A stretch of 63,837 nucleotides of DNA, counting the filler, from Raillietiella orientalis (taxonomy: Eukaryota), in assembly GCA_036172245.1 (NCBI GenBank). It is 4 parts of 4 records of this genome, joined end to end, with 100 filler letters (N's around TTAATTAATTAA, not from the genome) between each part and the next. Parts side by side here need not be neighbours in the genome. Positions count along the whole stretch, not along the records: positions 18,101 to 35,988 come from JAYWIR010000243.1; positions 36,089 to 53,836 come from JAYWIR010000244.1; 2 more parts are not named here. The stretch is one strand, 5' to 3'. Positions 35,301-46,289 of this stretch are shown here, one piece after another; position 1 is the first letter of the stretch; each line of letters opens with the position of its first letter. Below the pieces are notes generated by a model. The model was given only the letters and a program-made list of their open reading frames with translations. It searched no databases and was not told where the DNA came from. The position numbers and the translations under genes are program-made.

Positions 35301-35988
35301 TTTTTGATGCACTTCGAAGATGCTATTTGGATGCAGGAAGTGAAAATAGATTGTTGCGAACCATTTTAATCTCTCAGGATTGCGACCGAAATAATCGGGA
35401 ACCGGCCATGGTCGTTTACGTGCATGTGCGGAGATTTGGCGGGAAAACACCGCATTGGAAATAGAAAAGTGAGAGGAATTTTCTTGATGCACTTTGAAGA
35501 TTCTATCTGGATGCAGGAAGTGAAAGTAGATTGCTTCCAACCATTCTGATGTCTCACGATTGCGACCGAAATCATCGGGAACCGCCCATGGTCATTTAAG
35601 TGCAAGTGCGGAGTTTTGGCGGGAAAACACCGCATTGGAAATAGAAAAAAGAGAGGAATTTTTTTGATGCACTTTGAAGATTCTATTTGGATGCAGGAAG
35701 TGAAAATAGATTGCTTCCAACCATTCTGATGTCTCAGGATTGCGACCGAAATCATCGGGAACCGGCCATGGTCGTTTACGTGCAAGTGCGGAGATTTGGC
35801 GGGAAAACACTGCATTGAAAATAGAAAAGAGAGAGGAGTGTTTTTGATGCACTTTGAAGATTCTATCTGGATGCAGGAAGTGAAAGTTGATTGATTCCAA
35901 CCATTCTGATGTGTCAGGATTGCGACCGAAATCATCGGGAACCGCCCATGGTCGTTTACGTGCAAGTGCGGAGATTTGGCGGGAAACC
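20337..35988. repeat. Tandem satellite array, ~180-bp monomer, about 87 copies, running off the contig end
   Basis: Consensus GGCGGGAAAACACCGCATTGGAAATAGAAAAGAGAGAGGAATTTTTTTGATGCACTTTGAAGATTCTATTTGGATGCAGGAAGTGAAAATAGATTGCTTCCAACCATTCTGATGTCTCAGGATTGCGACCGAAATCATCGGGAACCGGCCATGGTCGTTTACGTGCAAGTGCGGAGATTT, repeated head-to-tail with a few substitutions per copy and no unique spacers. Confidence 0.99.
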
Positions 35989-36088
35989 NNNNNNNNNNNN
36001 NNNNNNNNNNNNNNNNNNNNNNNNNNNNNNNNTTAATTAATTAANNNNNNNNNNNNNNNNNNNNNNNNNNNNNNNNNNNNNNNNNNNN
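35989..36088. other. Artificial contig spacer
   Basis: 100-nt N run with TTAATTAATTAA linker. Confidence 0.98.
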
Positions 36089-38699
36089 CAGCATCAGCCC
36101 GGGAGCCAGCCTACCCCCCGAGGTTGCTCCTGGGCATGGAAATGTGACGCTGATTCCTCCTCTTTTCCATCTCACGAGTTGCACTTGGGTTTGTGCCAAG
36201 TGGTTTGGTTTCTCGTGTCACTACACTCTACTTAGTGGAACTGAAATCCGTTCCTTCTGGATGCGTGACTTTGAAATGGTGGTACCGCTACGGGCAATTG
36301 TTCTCTTTGGTGGAGGTCCTCCAAGGATGTTTCCTATTGGCTACGCAGGTCGACTGGAGTCCTCTCTCCAGAGGCCATCAGTCTTGTCGACCACCTTCTC
36401 TTCTAAGGAGTGGCGATCGTTGTGGGTGCCTGTCTTCCTTTTTTGATGCTTTTCAATGCTTTTCAATGCAGCTTTTGTTTTCTTCTCTTTCGAATTGAAC
36501 TTTTTGTTTTGACTGGTGGTTTTTTTGTTCTGCAGTGATGTCTGCGGTGTGCCTTTGTTTTCGGATTTTACCTGGGTTTGTCCTGTCTGATTGGGTTTTG
36601 GATGTTCTTTTGTGTGTCAATGCACAGCTTGCATGGTGTTTTATTTTTTTTTTTGTTTTGATCACCTGAGTGGATTGCGGGTTCGGTGATATGCCCATGG
36701 TGGGTGTGGATTTGGATTTGCTCTCTTTTGGTTCTCCTGTGTGGTGATTTTTACTTGCACTGTTTGCCAAATTATTTGTGATTTTTTGGTTTTCTCCCCT
36801 CAGCAGCCTGGTTGTTTTGCTGGCTGGCTGCGAGATTTTTGCAAGGAGTGTTTGTGATGTGATGGCCATGGCTTTTTTTTTTTTTCTTTGGTGCACGGTT
36901 GGCAGAGTGCCAACCGATGTGACCTTTTGTTTGTGGTATTGTCGGTGTATCTTGTTGACACCTTGGTTGTTGGTTCTGCTCATTGTTTTTTGTTGTTGGT
37001 CATTCCTGGTCCCTCCCGGGATTTTCCTTTGGCCTTCACCCCCCTCCCCGTCCCACTTATTTTTTTTTTGATCTACCAACATTGGAAGTATTTTTTTCCT
37101 GTGGATCACTCCTGGAGAAGAGCTTTCGGACACATGGAGCATCGGATTGGAAGGACTTGAAGCAGAACTTTCCTGGAAGTTGGAGTGGTGAGTTGTTTCT
37201 CATGTTTGTCGCATTGGTGGGTTGTTGATGAGGGATAAGATTGTCACCAATTGCAATGATACAAATTTTGTAATCAAGTTTCGCTTGGTTATGAGGTACT
37301 TCTAGACGAATAGCCCCTGTAGATGTTTATTTTCTTGAGATGTTAGGTGAGTTGATTTTCTTGTGAGTATCTGTAAATATGGTTTTGTGATGGAAAGCAA
37401 AAATGTGTGTTTTAGTGTAAATTGGCAGTATTTTGAAAGAATCGTAATCATCTGAAATGTACTTACGTCATTTTGTTGCATAACTTAGTTTTCTTGATAA
37501 TTTTCTTTCTACGAACCGTGGGCAAAGGCTTGGTCAAAGTTAATTTTAGTTTCTGTTGCTGTCAATAAAGCAGGAGTAGAGGTATTGAATTGATTTCTAG
37601 AAGAAGTGTGAATAGAGATGATGCTGAGTTTGAATTGGGAATTGACTTTGTTTGCATTTTCTTGAAAGGCAAACAGGAATCAACATTGAATGTACACTCA
37701 CATAAGCACTGTTGGCATAGCAAGCAACTGCTCCATCTGATGGGTTGACTTTATGATGCAGATCAAACATTTCTTTGCAATGTCAATTACCAATGAAATC
37801 TTGATTATCTTATTTAGCTGTATCTCATTTTCATTAGTGTTCCAATGGGTGTTCGCAATTGTTCACAATTCCTAATGTTTAAACCAATTGCTGTTTGAAG
37901 AAGAACTTTGGAAGCAGAGTTAGTAGGAGTTACTTTCTTGTATTTTAACTGGATAGATGCATAATGATCTTTCATGAGATTCATTTGGTAATGAAGTGTA
38001 TTCTCAGAACTTTCAGTTATTAAACTGAAGCTGAGAAACTGTTACACAGTTTCATGGTGTTTTCTTTGAAATTTGCTTTCAATTTGTGTTCCACTGTAGG
38101 TGTTGCTGTGCATGTATGTTGGAAATCTGTTGTTATTTTCTGTTTGGTGTATGGTTATTTGTTATCTTCTTGTGTTGGAGTTGCAGAGAGAATGCGAAAT
38201 TAACATGAAACTCCTAGCAAAGAAAGAGTGAAGAAATAAATGATAGTCGAAAATGGAATGCAGTTTCTAAAATTTGTTGGTACTCTCAAGCTAATTTCGG
38301 TTGTTGAAGCCATGTGTTTTTTGCATTGGTTTCAGTGGGTCAGGTCTGATAGCACATTCAAAAAGATCAGTTAATGTAGCTTTCCCTTTAATTTTCCGTC
38401 CGTGAAACGACTATTGTATTTATCATTGAATATTCATTACTGTGGTTTACGTATGGATTATTTTGGTTTCAGAGTCAAGGAGATATATTATATGGGAAGA
38501 ATAACGAATTGGGTGGAAGTCCATGCTCACAAGCATTGATTTGTCTCTGTTTCCTTTTTTCACAGTTCCAATAGCACAGAAAACCAAACGCTCTCCTGAA
38601 AGGGCAACTAACTGCCAGTCAGAGCTGACCCAGATTGCAGAGGTCACAGGAAATCATACTAGACACAGTGCTCAGTTACGTGGAACAAGTCACTTAAGC

Positions 38700-39400
38700 A
38701 GATGCTACTGCAGATGGCTAAATGAATCCTGAAGAATTTGAGGAGATTTCCAACACCAATGTCAAGGTGAGGAAACTAACTATCAATGGTTTTCATCATA
38801 TTTTGATCAGGATTTGCTGATGGTAATTTATGCAGCTCGGGTGTGTAGCACTCCAGTGTTGGTCAATGAAAAGCTGTGTTCACTGAATGCTGGAACATGA
38901 ATAAATTCTTTCGAACAATGTTGGTGTACGAAGTTTTTTATTGATGAGTAAGATACAACTCAAATGGGTAGCATTTTCATTTTTAATGTGCATAAAACGC
39001 TACGTATGCATGATGAAACATACAAAAAAAAGTGTTTTGGCAAGAATTGAAGTGTGTCAGCTTCTTAGGAAACTTTGGAAAACAGCATGGTGTCTTGTCA
39101 CTGGGACTGGAAACATCAGCATGCTTGGTGGTCACAATCTCCTCGTTGAAAGCCTCCCTAATAGTTGACTGCATGGTGTTGCAGGAGTACTGCTGTTGAG
39201 ATGAGAAACTCACTTGCTGCAGTCCTAGATTGATGACAACCTGCATTTTTTCGTGTTGCCTTGGGCATCCACGTGTCTTGTGAAGGCAGTTCAGGCGTGT
39301 GTATCCGATGTGTGCCGTGCACGAGTGGAATGTGGCCTTCTTTCCGTGTTGCAAAAAGGAAGAATGAACTGGATGGTGTGGATGACAGGGGCATGTTGAA
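38700..39400 (-). mobile_element. Degraded Ty3/gypsy-like integrase remnant
   Basis: HSCTAHIGYTR...WMPK (H2C2 region HxxxxHxG...WP), followed by HADVSSP (first DDE Asp-like). Heavily frameshifted. Confidence 0.3.
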
Positions 39401-40549
39401 ACAGTTGTGCTACCTCAAAGTCAGAAGGTGCAACAGAACATTGCTTCATGAACAAGGCGCAGCCTCACCGGCATCTTGTTTAGAAAGACGGAATGGACAA
39501 TTGGTTTCTAGATTCTCATGGACAAGGAAGCGAAGAATTCGGCAGCATGGTTTTGGTGGGACGCATAAATGCTTAGCGCTTTAGCGCTGGAAATGCCTTT
39601 GTTCGGTGGCATTGGTTCCAATAGGTGTTCAGTGGAATAAGGGATGATGCAGCGGTGGGTTGTGATTTTCTCGTAGTTGGGGTCCTTGTTGAGGAAGATG
39701 ATGAAGCGAGGTGGATCGTATAATCTAAGGTGACGTTGACATTTTCGTGGAGCCCAGCGTTCCGTTTTTTCTGCTTTGCATGATGCCGTGGTTGCTGAGG
39801 TCATGTGAGTTCCAGCACGATGATTTTCTCTCCCTTCCGCATGTAGTCGGCGCCGCTCTATTTGCGATTGGTTACGTGCGGTGCGTAGCATATGATATGT
39901 TTAGCTTCTGTGGTTTTTCCGCAGTTACCTTGGTAGTCGGTGTACCAATGTGTATCTTGGTGGTCGGGTTCTCTTCGCATGAGGTCTGTGGCGTTCTTCG
40001 CCGTCGTTGTTAGCTTTTGAGTGTCATTGGATTGCTTTGGAGTAGGATTGTCCGAGTCTGTTGCTTTCAGAGTTGAAGCCATTCTGTTTATCGAACGGTT
40101 GTGGTTGGTTTTCGCAAAACCCTTTTTCTGTTTTTTCCCTCTTTTCTGTATGCGAAGATCTAAAATGCATTGTGTTCCTTTGTGTTTGTAATCGATGTAC
40201 TTGATCTTGTATAGTGGGAGGATTTTCGTACGTCGGTGGGCCCCTTTCGCATGGCTGTTGGTCTTTTTGCGTTGAGCACTGCGTTTGGAGGTTTGCACGG
40301 GAGCTAGTGACAAACGTTGGATTGGTTTCAGGAGACGTATCGTGGAGGGTATTGCTGTTTGGAAGCATCCCTGGAGGTGAGCGGTTGGTGTTCAGCTTGC
40401 TTCTTTACCGAGGATTGCTTGTTTTGCTTTTCGAAGTGACCTCTCCAGTGTTTCCTCCGCGGTTGTCCATCTGTTTGAGAGGAAGCACCGCTGCGTGCTT
40501 TTTGCTTACGGAATGTTGCAACCCTTTGGAGTGTGTGTGTGTGTGTTTT

Positions 40550-41330
40550 GGTTTCCTACGCTTTTGAAAGTGTCGAGGTCAGGATCACCTTGCGTACTTT
40601 CGAAGTGGTTTTTGCATAGTCGGTGTAAAATTGGCGGAATGTGAGGGTTAGGTGTTTCGTATTGTATTTGGTCTCTTCATTTTGGGATGCATCAGGATAC
40701 AAGAGGTTGCGGTGTGGGGATTCCTGTTGCAACACGTACACGTAAGACACCAAGAAGAAGAATGCAGAAGTATCCCTCTCACTCCACGCTTGCAGAGGGA
40801 TGTCGCCGCGACAGCAGATGCCGAAGGAAGCACCGCAGCGAATGCGGAGATTCACTCGTTCGTTAGCCCACGGCCAAAAGTCTGCAATCCAGAACAAGGC
40901 TTTTCTGTGCGTCCCTGAGGCTGCCGCGGTGGGGTCTTGCTGTCGTTTGGTTACGTCCCTTTTCTCCAGGTCCAGTGATGTGGGCGGGCGATGCATGGTA
41001 GATCTCAGCGGAGCAGTAGATGCGGCTATTCCTTCCATTTGAAAGGGAGGGTGCGGTCGTTTAGGTGCGCTGGAGGCCACTGGAGATGTTTACGGAGAAT
41101 CTGCCAGCAGCTCAGTACACACAAAAGTTGTTTCGAAGGGACACTCCTGTTGGTAGCGTCTGCAAGGTAGTCCGCGTTCCAACCATGGCTAAATGTTTGG
41201 TGGTCTAAATGTTTCCTCCTGGAATGATCTCTCAGAAGACTGAGAGATCCCATTTTGATGCCAGTGTGCTCCTTCGAGGAGGACAGCACCGCGGCGGGGA
41301 AACTTCTTTCTACCCGCACGCTCATTCCGG
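40550..41330 (-). mobile_element. Degraded Ty3/gypsy-like integrase remnant
   Basis: EHTGIK (HxG), PPFQMEGIAASTAPLRST (PFxxVGxDxxGPL-like), DVTKR and RIRCGASFGICCRG (RxGxPxxIxSD-like). Confidence 0.35.
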
Positions 41331-41399
41331 CTTCCCGAATTCTGAATTCGGCTCCTGTGCATGCTACATGGGAATGGGATTTGAGATGGAGAGGATCTG

Positions 41400-43215
41400 T
41401 AAGGTGAATGCGCGCTTCACGCTTGCAAATGTGATAGTAGTTAGAAATAATGAGCTTTAGGGTGGCTATTATAAGGTTTTCATTCCAAGTTCATCTTCAT
41501 TTTTAAAGTATTACAGGAATGGAATAGAATGAAAAATAATTTATGTGAAGTAATGTTTTAATTAGTAAAATCTCAGGTGAAATTACATTCTAAAGTAAGA
41601 TTATTATAAGGAATTCCGGAAAAATTTGTTGAAATTGTTTCTTAAAGACATTTTGTTATGAATAATCTAAGGTATGATGTGCTCGGTGTATCATAAAGAG
41701 CTGTGGCATATGGACTGTGCGAAGGTAGCTTAATAATTAGCTTTTCAATTGGTAGCCTGAATGAAGGATTGTATTAAGCAAGGCTGTCTTGTTTCGTGTA
41801 TTTGAATTCAATGTTATAGTGAGAAATCTCCGATGAATTTAAGGGAGGAGAAGTCCCTTTGGTACTAGTGTCCTTAGTGGAATTGAAAGAGTGGTTGTGA
41901 AATAAGATTTGAGCTTTCCCCTATTCCCACAAGGGGAGGGGTGAATTTATTTATCCCTTTTCCAATCACGCTACGTCGGCTCATTCACTTACTACTCACA
42001 CCACAAGTGTCACTGTTCGTTTCGTTTCTGCATTTAAGGAACATTGGTTGATGTCGTTGCCCGGGCGTCATCCTCATTCCTCTTCAGGATATGGCGGTAC
42101 GTCCAGGCCGGTGCTGGTCCACACTCCTTGATACCAACGTCCTTTTGGATTAGCCTTATCAGGATTTCCATCGGAGGAGCGGCTATCCTGGCGTTTTTCA
42201 TCTTCCACCACCTCACGAGTCTGGCGGTGATAAAAAGGGCAATGGTCGTCCTTACAATGGGTTTGTAACAGGGAGCATTTCCATTTCCCTGGAACATCCC
42301 GGCAAGTATTTGCATCACTGAACTGGTCGTAAGTCCTATGATCCTTTTCAAGATCAGCCGATCGCGAAGTAAGGTGGGACAGGTTAAGACATGTAGTCTC
42401 GTGTCGATGTCTCCACATGGCATGCAGTTTTCGTTTTCGCGTCTTCCCGTAATGTACTTCATTCCGTACCCAGTCGGGATTCCTCCGTAGTAGAACATTA
42501 GGAGGTTTTCCTGGGTGTCCGGCGGTAGGTCACTCCTCCAGAGTGTGGTGCCGATCGCCAGCAAGTTCATTCTATTGCTCCCGTAACCATCGGCGGCTCC
42601 TTGGATAGCACCGGTGTCCTGGTCTTCTTCTTTAATCAGACTTCTGAGGTTCTGCTTGCTATTCCCGGAACAAGCAAAGTCATTGCGGTTTTTCCACACT
42701 CCACGTGTCCTTTGGGTGAATCTATCCACCATCATCTTTATATATCGCAGTATACGGGTGTGGCGTGGGAACCCTCCTCTGTTCCATTCCTGGATTCGTT
42801 GTATGGTAACTCTGGGACGGTGGTATATCCAGCTCCTCGTGTGCGAGGGCACCTGCAGCATCCAAGGGATTAGATTTCAATGACGTTTTAATAGAATGTG
42901 ATCTGGGACGGATAGTGAAGAAGTGATCTTCATGGTTTCGTAGTTTCGTGTGAAATAAGAATCATCTCGAAATGAAGGAAACGTTGCCTAAGGGAGAGCA
43001 GCGTAATTTTAACGGAGTGTTCCACTTGGTATGAAATTTTGCGACCTCGATGCGCAATTGGGTATCTTCAAGATGAATAAGGTTTGCAGTAACAGTCTGT
43101 TCGACTGCAAATCCTACGTGATTTGAGTTTCGATCGGTGTCAGGCAGATTGGTTGCTTTCTTCCAATTCTCACATAGCTTCTGAGTACGAAAGGATTGGA
43201 AATTCGGAGTACTTT
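41400..43215 (+). pseudogene. rrnL: NUMT: mitochondrial 16S rRNA, interrupted by retroelement C3
   Basis: AAGGAATTCCGG, CTGTGCGAAGGTAGC, GGAGAAGTCCC, then after the insertion CCTAAGGGAGAGCAGCGTAAT, GCGACCTCGATG, GTCTGTTCGACT, CTACGTGATTTGAGTT and AGTACGAAAGGA. 5' boundary approximate. Confidence 0.85.
41915..42871 (-). mobile_element. 5'-truncated family C relative (C3) inserted in the rrnL NUMT
   Basis: ORF 42034-42861 (LAIGTTLWRSDLPPDTQENLLMFY, CMPCGDIDTRLHVLTC) is homologous to the C2 ORF2 C-terminus. The 3' end is AATAAATTCACCCCCTCCCCTTGTGGGAATAGGGGAAA. AGATTT occurs on both flanks (41905, 42872). Confidence 0.9.
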
Positions 43216-43419
43216 TTGAATAAGGAAGAATGATGATATCCATGAGTGAGTTTTGTAATGTTTTACATTGTACGATGATTGTTTTCTATGTGATTTGTTT
43301 GAGAGTTTGTATTTATGGAATGGATTTATTGAAAGTGGAGTTGAATACTATTTTATTCGAATAGTAAAGTTTCTTAGTAGGGAGTGATTAGAAATTGGAA
43401 GTTCTTTATTGAAGAAGTT

Positions 43420-44220
43420 AAGTGTGTTGATAGCTATTCGGGGAAGATGAAGAGTGCGGATGGTGTTGTTAGTCAGTGTATCATTTGTGACTTTAATGGA
43501 GGGTCATATTTCAGGGGGGGTACAGTGGGGCGAAAGGCCCGGTGAGGTGTTGATGGATGGAAAGAAAATTGGTTATAAGGTGGGTGCTTTGATTATGGTG
43601 GCAGAAATGGTGCAGATCGGAAGGGTTGATGCTAGAGGTTGAGGGTTGATGGGAGGGGTAATGTTGTTTGCGCGTTATTTAACGGGGAGAATATACGGGG
43701 TATGAATGGGTGGTTGTGCTAGTAATAGTAAATATAGATATGTCGAGTGGTAGGTCGAGTAGCTCAAATGATTTCTTATGAAGTATGTATAATTGTTGTA
43801 TTAGCGAGTGCGATGGTACATATGAAAGGATACGAATGACAGTTGGAAGTGAGAAGAAGGCTAACGTTTTGTAGGTTACGCGGATTCGTTGTATGAGTTA
43901 TTTATTTTTTTTCGTGGAGGTTAATCGTTTGCCATATGACTTTCTGGAAAGTGAGTCTGAATTAGTATCTGGCTATAATGTACAGTATGGTGGAAGGCTA
44001 TTTGTTTTCTTGTTTTTGTCAGAATGTGGATTTCTTATTTATTGAAGATTGGTTCCGCGATGAATGTATATGGGGGGTTATATAGTGGGACTTTAGAGTT
44101 TGCTCGTAATGTATGTGATTGTATGATTACGAGGGGTGATGCCTCGTTCTCGTTATGATAAGTTAACATATATATGTGTTGAAGTATTTTGCTGTATTGT
44201 GTGTTTGATTTTCCATTATG
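43420..44220 (+). pseudogene. nad1: NUMT: nad1
   Basis: VLLVSVSFVTLME (VAFxTLxER-like), [35 protein letters not shown] and PRSRYDKL. Frameshifted. Confidence 0.88.
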
Positions 44221-44270
44221 AGGAGGGAGCGTAGTAATGATGAGAATTCGTAGTTAGTATGACGGGATAG

Positions 44271-44324
44271 CAAGAATGAGTTTATGAGAATATGAATTGT
44301 GGGTATCAAAGGATTCTTTCTTGA
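44271..44324 (+). tRNA. trnP: NUMT tRNA-Pro-like pseudogene (T-arm reduced)
   Basis: CAAGAA...TTCTTG acceptor stem, AGTTT...AGAAT D-arm, degenerate TGG anticodon loop. Confidence 0.45.
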
Positions 44325-44339
44325 TGGTCAGTTTGAGGT

Positions 44340-44395
44340 TGCCTTTAATTTCCTTTCGATTTACAAAACCAATGTTTGAATGAAACTAAGAAGGC
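44340..44395 (-). tRNA. trnT: NUMT tRNA-Thr pseudogene
   Basis: GCCTT...AAGGC acceptor stem and TTGGT-TTTGTAA-ATCGA anticodon arm (TGT). Confidence 0.7.
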
Positions 44396-44400
44396 TGGAT

Positions 44401-45475
44401 TTAAAGAGGGAACGTAATGGAGAATGAAAAATAAAGGAGTGATGTAATTTGTGGGAGAGGTGGTACTGATGAGGTGATGGTTTGAGTTCCTAATCACGTA
44501 AGAATTAAGAATGATGATAGTAGAAGTGAGAGGAGAATTTTTTTTCTGGGGTTGTAAAGGGAAGATGGTGGCGTTGGAAGTTTGTATATTGGTAGAGTGG
44601 TAAAAATGAGGATTCTGAAGATTAGGGCAATTACTCCTCCTAATTTCTTTATGGATGGATCGTAGGATGGTATAAGCGGATAGGAAGTCTCATTCGGGTT
44701 GAATGTGCGAGGGAGTTGTCAGGCGGTTGGAAAGTATCGAATTTTCTTCAGATATGAATATGTATGGGAAAAAAGTGGATGTAAGTAGGAGGAATGTGGT
44801 GAGTGGTAGAAGGCTTGTTGAATCTTCAATGATGGAGAATGGACGGAAGGGTAGCAGATCTAGGTTTCCTCTGCTTCCTAGAGGGTTTGAGGAGAAGTTT
44901 CTGTGGGGGAAAAATAGGTGTGATAGAGAGACGATCACTCTAATGAAAGGCAGGATGGAGTGTAGGGAAAAGAAGCGATTGAGAGTAGGGTTGGATACGA
45001 AGAAATTTCCTCGTAAAACTAAAATGATGCGTTGTCCAATGAGGGGGATGGCGGAAAAGAGGTTAGTGACAACTGTAGCGGTTCAAAGAGATCTTTGTCC
45101 TTATGGGAGAACACAACCTGGGAATGATGTTATTGTTAGTAAAATGAGGAGAAGTTATCCTGATAATCAGGTTATAGTGTTTCTGTAGGAAAAGAAGTAT
45201 AATGCGGGGAAAGTGTGCAGGTAGATTGCTATGAAAAAAAAGGAGGCGGCGTTGGCGCGGATGTGTGGTATGAATCATCCGTTCTTGGTGTTGTGCATTC
45301 TGTTGACGATTGAGGAAAAGGCTTCTGAGGCATGGGGGGTGCATTGCATGGAGATGATAATGCCTGTAAGTAGTTGGCTGATTGGAAAGATTCCTATCAT
45401 GTTTCAAGAGTAAGAAATGTTTGACGGTATGGGTATGTTAATTGCGTGACTAATGTTTTTGTTTAGGTTTGTCAT
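44401..45475 (-). pseudogene. cob: NUMT: cytochrome b
   Basis: ATG at 45475, PSNISYSWN, NPTLNRFFSLHSILPF, NPLG, TTPSHIQPEW (TGA=Trp, invertebrate mitochondrial code) and KLGGV. Stops and frameshifts. Confidence 0.92.
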
Positions 45476-45895
45476 TAAAGAAGAAAGCGAAGGGGTGTTT
45501 TGTTTTGTAAAATTCTGTATGGGATAATGATTGATGTTAGTATTAGGAAGGATATGAGGAATCAGGTTATTGGAATGTTGTGCAAAGATAGAATGATTTC
45601 TGATGAGTAGGATGAAGAGTGGAAGGTGGGTTGAGGTGAATTAGGCAAGAGCAGTAATAGGGGGTAAAGATAAATGGGGTTCATTGAGTGAGAATAATTC
45701 GTTATATGTTAAAGTTGTTATGTAAGAGATGATGATTAGGCTTCCTGCGACGTAAACGAGGAATCTGATGATGGCATATCATGACGTTATGGAGAGGAGG
45801 TTGATGGTGATGGCAATAGCTAGTGAAGTTATGGCTAGGAAGAGGGCTATGATTATTGGATAGTATATGAGCAGTAAAGGAGAGATGCAGCTGTA
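45475..45895 (-). pseudogene. nad6: NUMT: nad6
   Basis: FLVYVAGSLIIISY motif and PLR C-terminus. TAATG overlap with cob. Confidence 0.75.
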
Positions 45896-45904
45896 ATTAT
45901 GTGT

Positions 45905-45960
45905 ATGCAAGGGGTGTGGTGCACGATTGAATCTGGAGATTCGTTTGGAGATGTGTCCAG
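45905..45960 (+). tRNA. NUMT tRNA-Gln-like pseudogene
   Basis: GGTGT..TGCAC D-arm typical of invertebrate mt trnQ. The anticodon loop is degenerate. Confidence 0.3.
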
Positions 45961-45978
45961 GACTAAGGTCGTAGTAGA

Positions 45979-46230
45979 GATGGGTATAGTTATCGTATTT
46001 TGATTAGGTTTATAGAGATTTTTTATAAATAAGCGGCATATTTGAAGGGGGTCGTTAAAGCTGGAAATGATAATGTTGTGTAGTTGAGGTAATTTTTTTC
46101 TTTTTTTTTTTTTATGGTGGAAATGGGTGTAAGTTGTAGTGGGTATAAAATGAGATTCATGATGGTATCGAGTATTTGTGAGAGAGCTATGGGATGATGT
46201 TGAAATGTTTACGATGAAAGATTCTCATGT
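45979..46230 (+). pseudogene. nad4L: NUMT: nad4L
   Basis: KRHI...LKLE and SICESAMG (CExxxGL-like) motifs. Confidence 0.65.
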
Positions 46231-46289
46231 TGCTGTAATGTGTGTGGTTGTGTGTAGGGTAGTTAGGATAATGATGCTTTTGAATTGAT

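Noticed and set aside
20337..35988. CRISPR array or repeat-protein genes in the 180-bp array
   Set aside because: Monomers are contiguous with no unique spacers and no cas genes. The dozens of ORFs are translations of the same satellite unit in several frames.
36453..37142. 229-aa Lys/Gln/Asn-rich ORF, and the hydrophobic ORFs at 59-780
   Set aside because: Products of strong T/G strand skew in decayed repeat DNA; no domain motifs.
37300..38300. Possible env-like gene downstream of the integrase remnant
   Set aside because: AT-rich with no open frame or recognisable motif; cannot be supported by eye.
42872..42881. ATTTCAAT at the C3 5' flank as another X-type target
   Set aside because: It lies in rrnL NUMT sequence, on the opposite strand to C3, with no X sequence present. 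Most likely coincidence.
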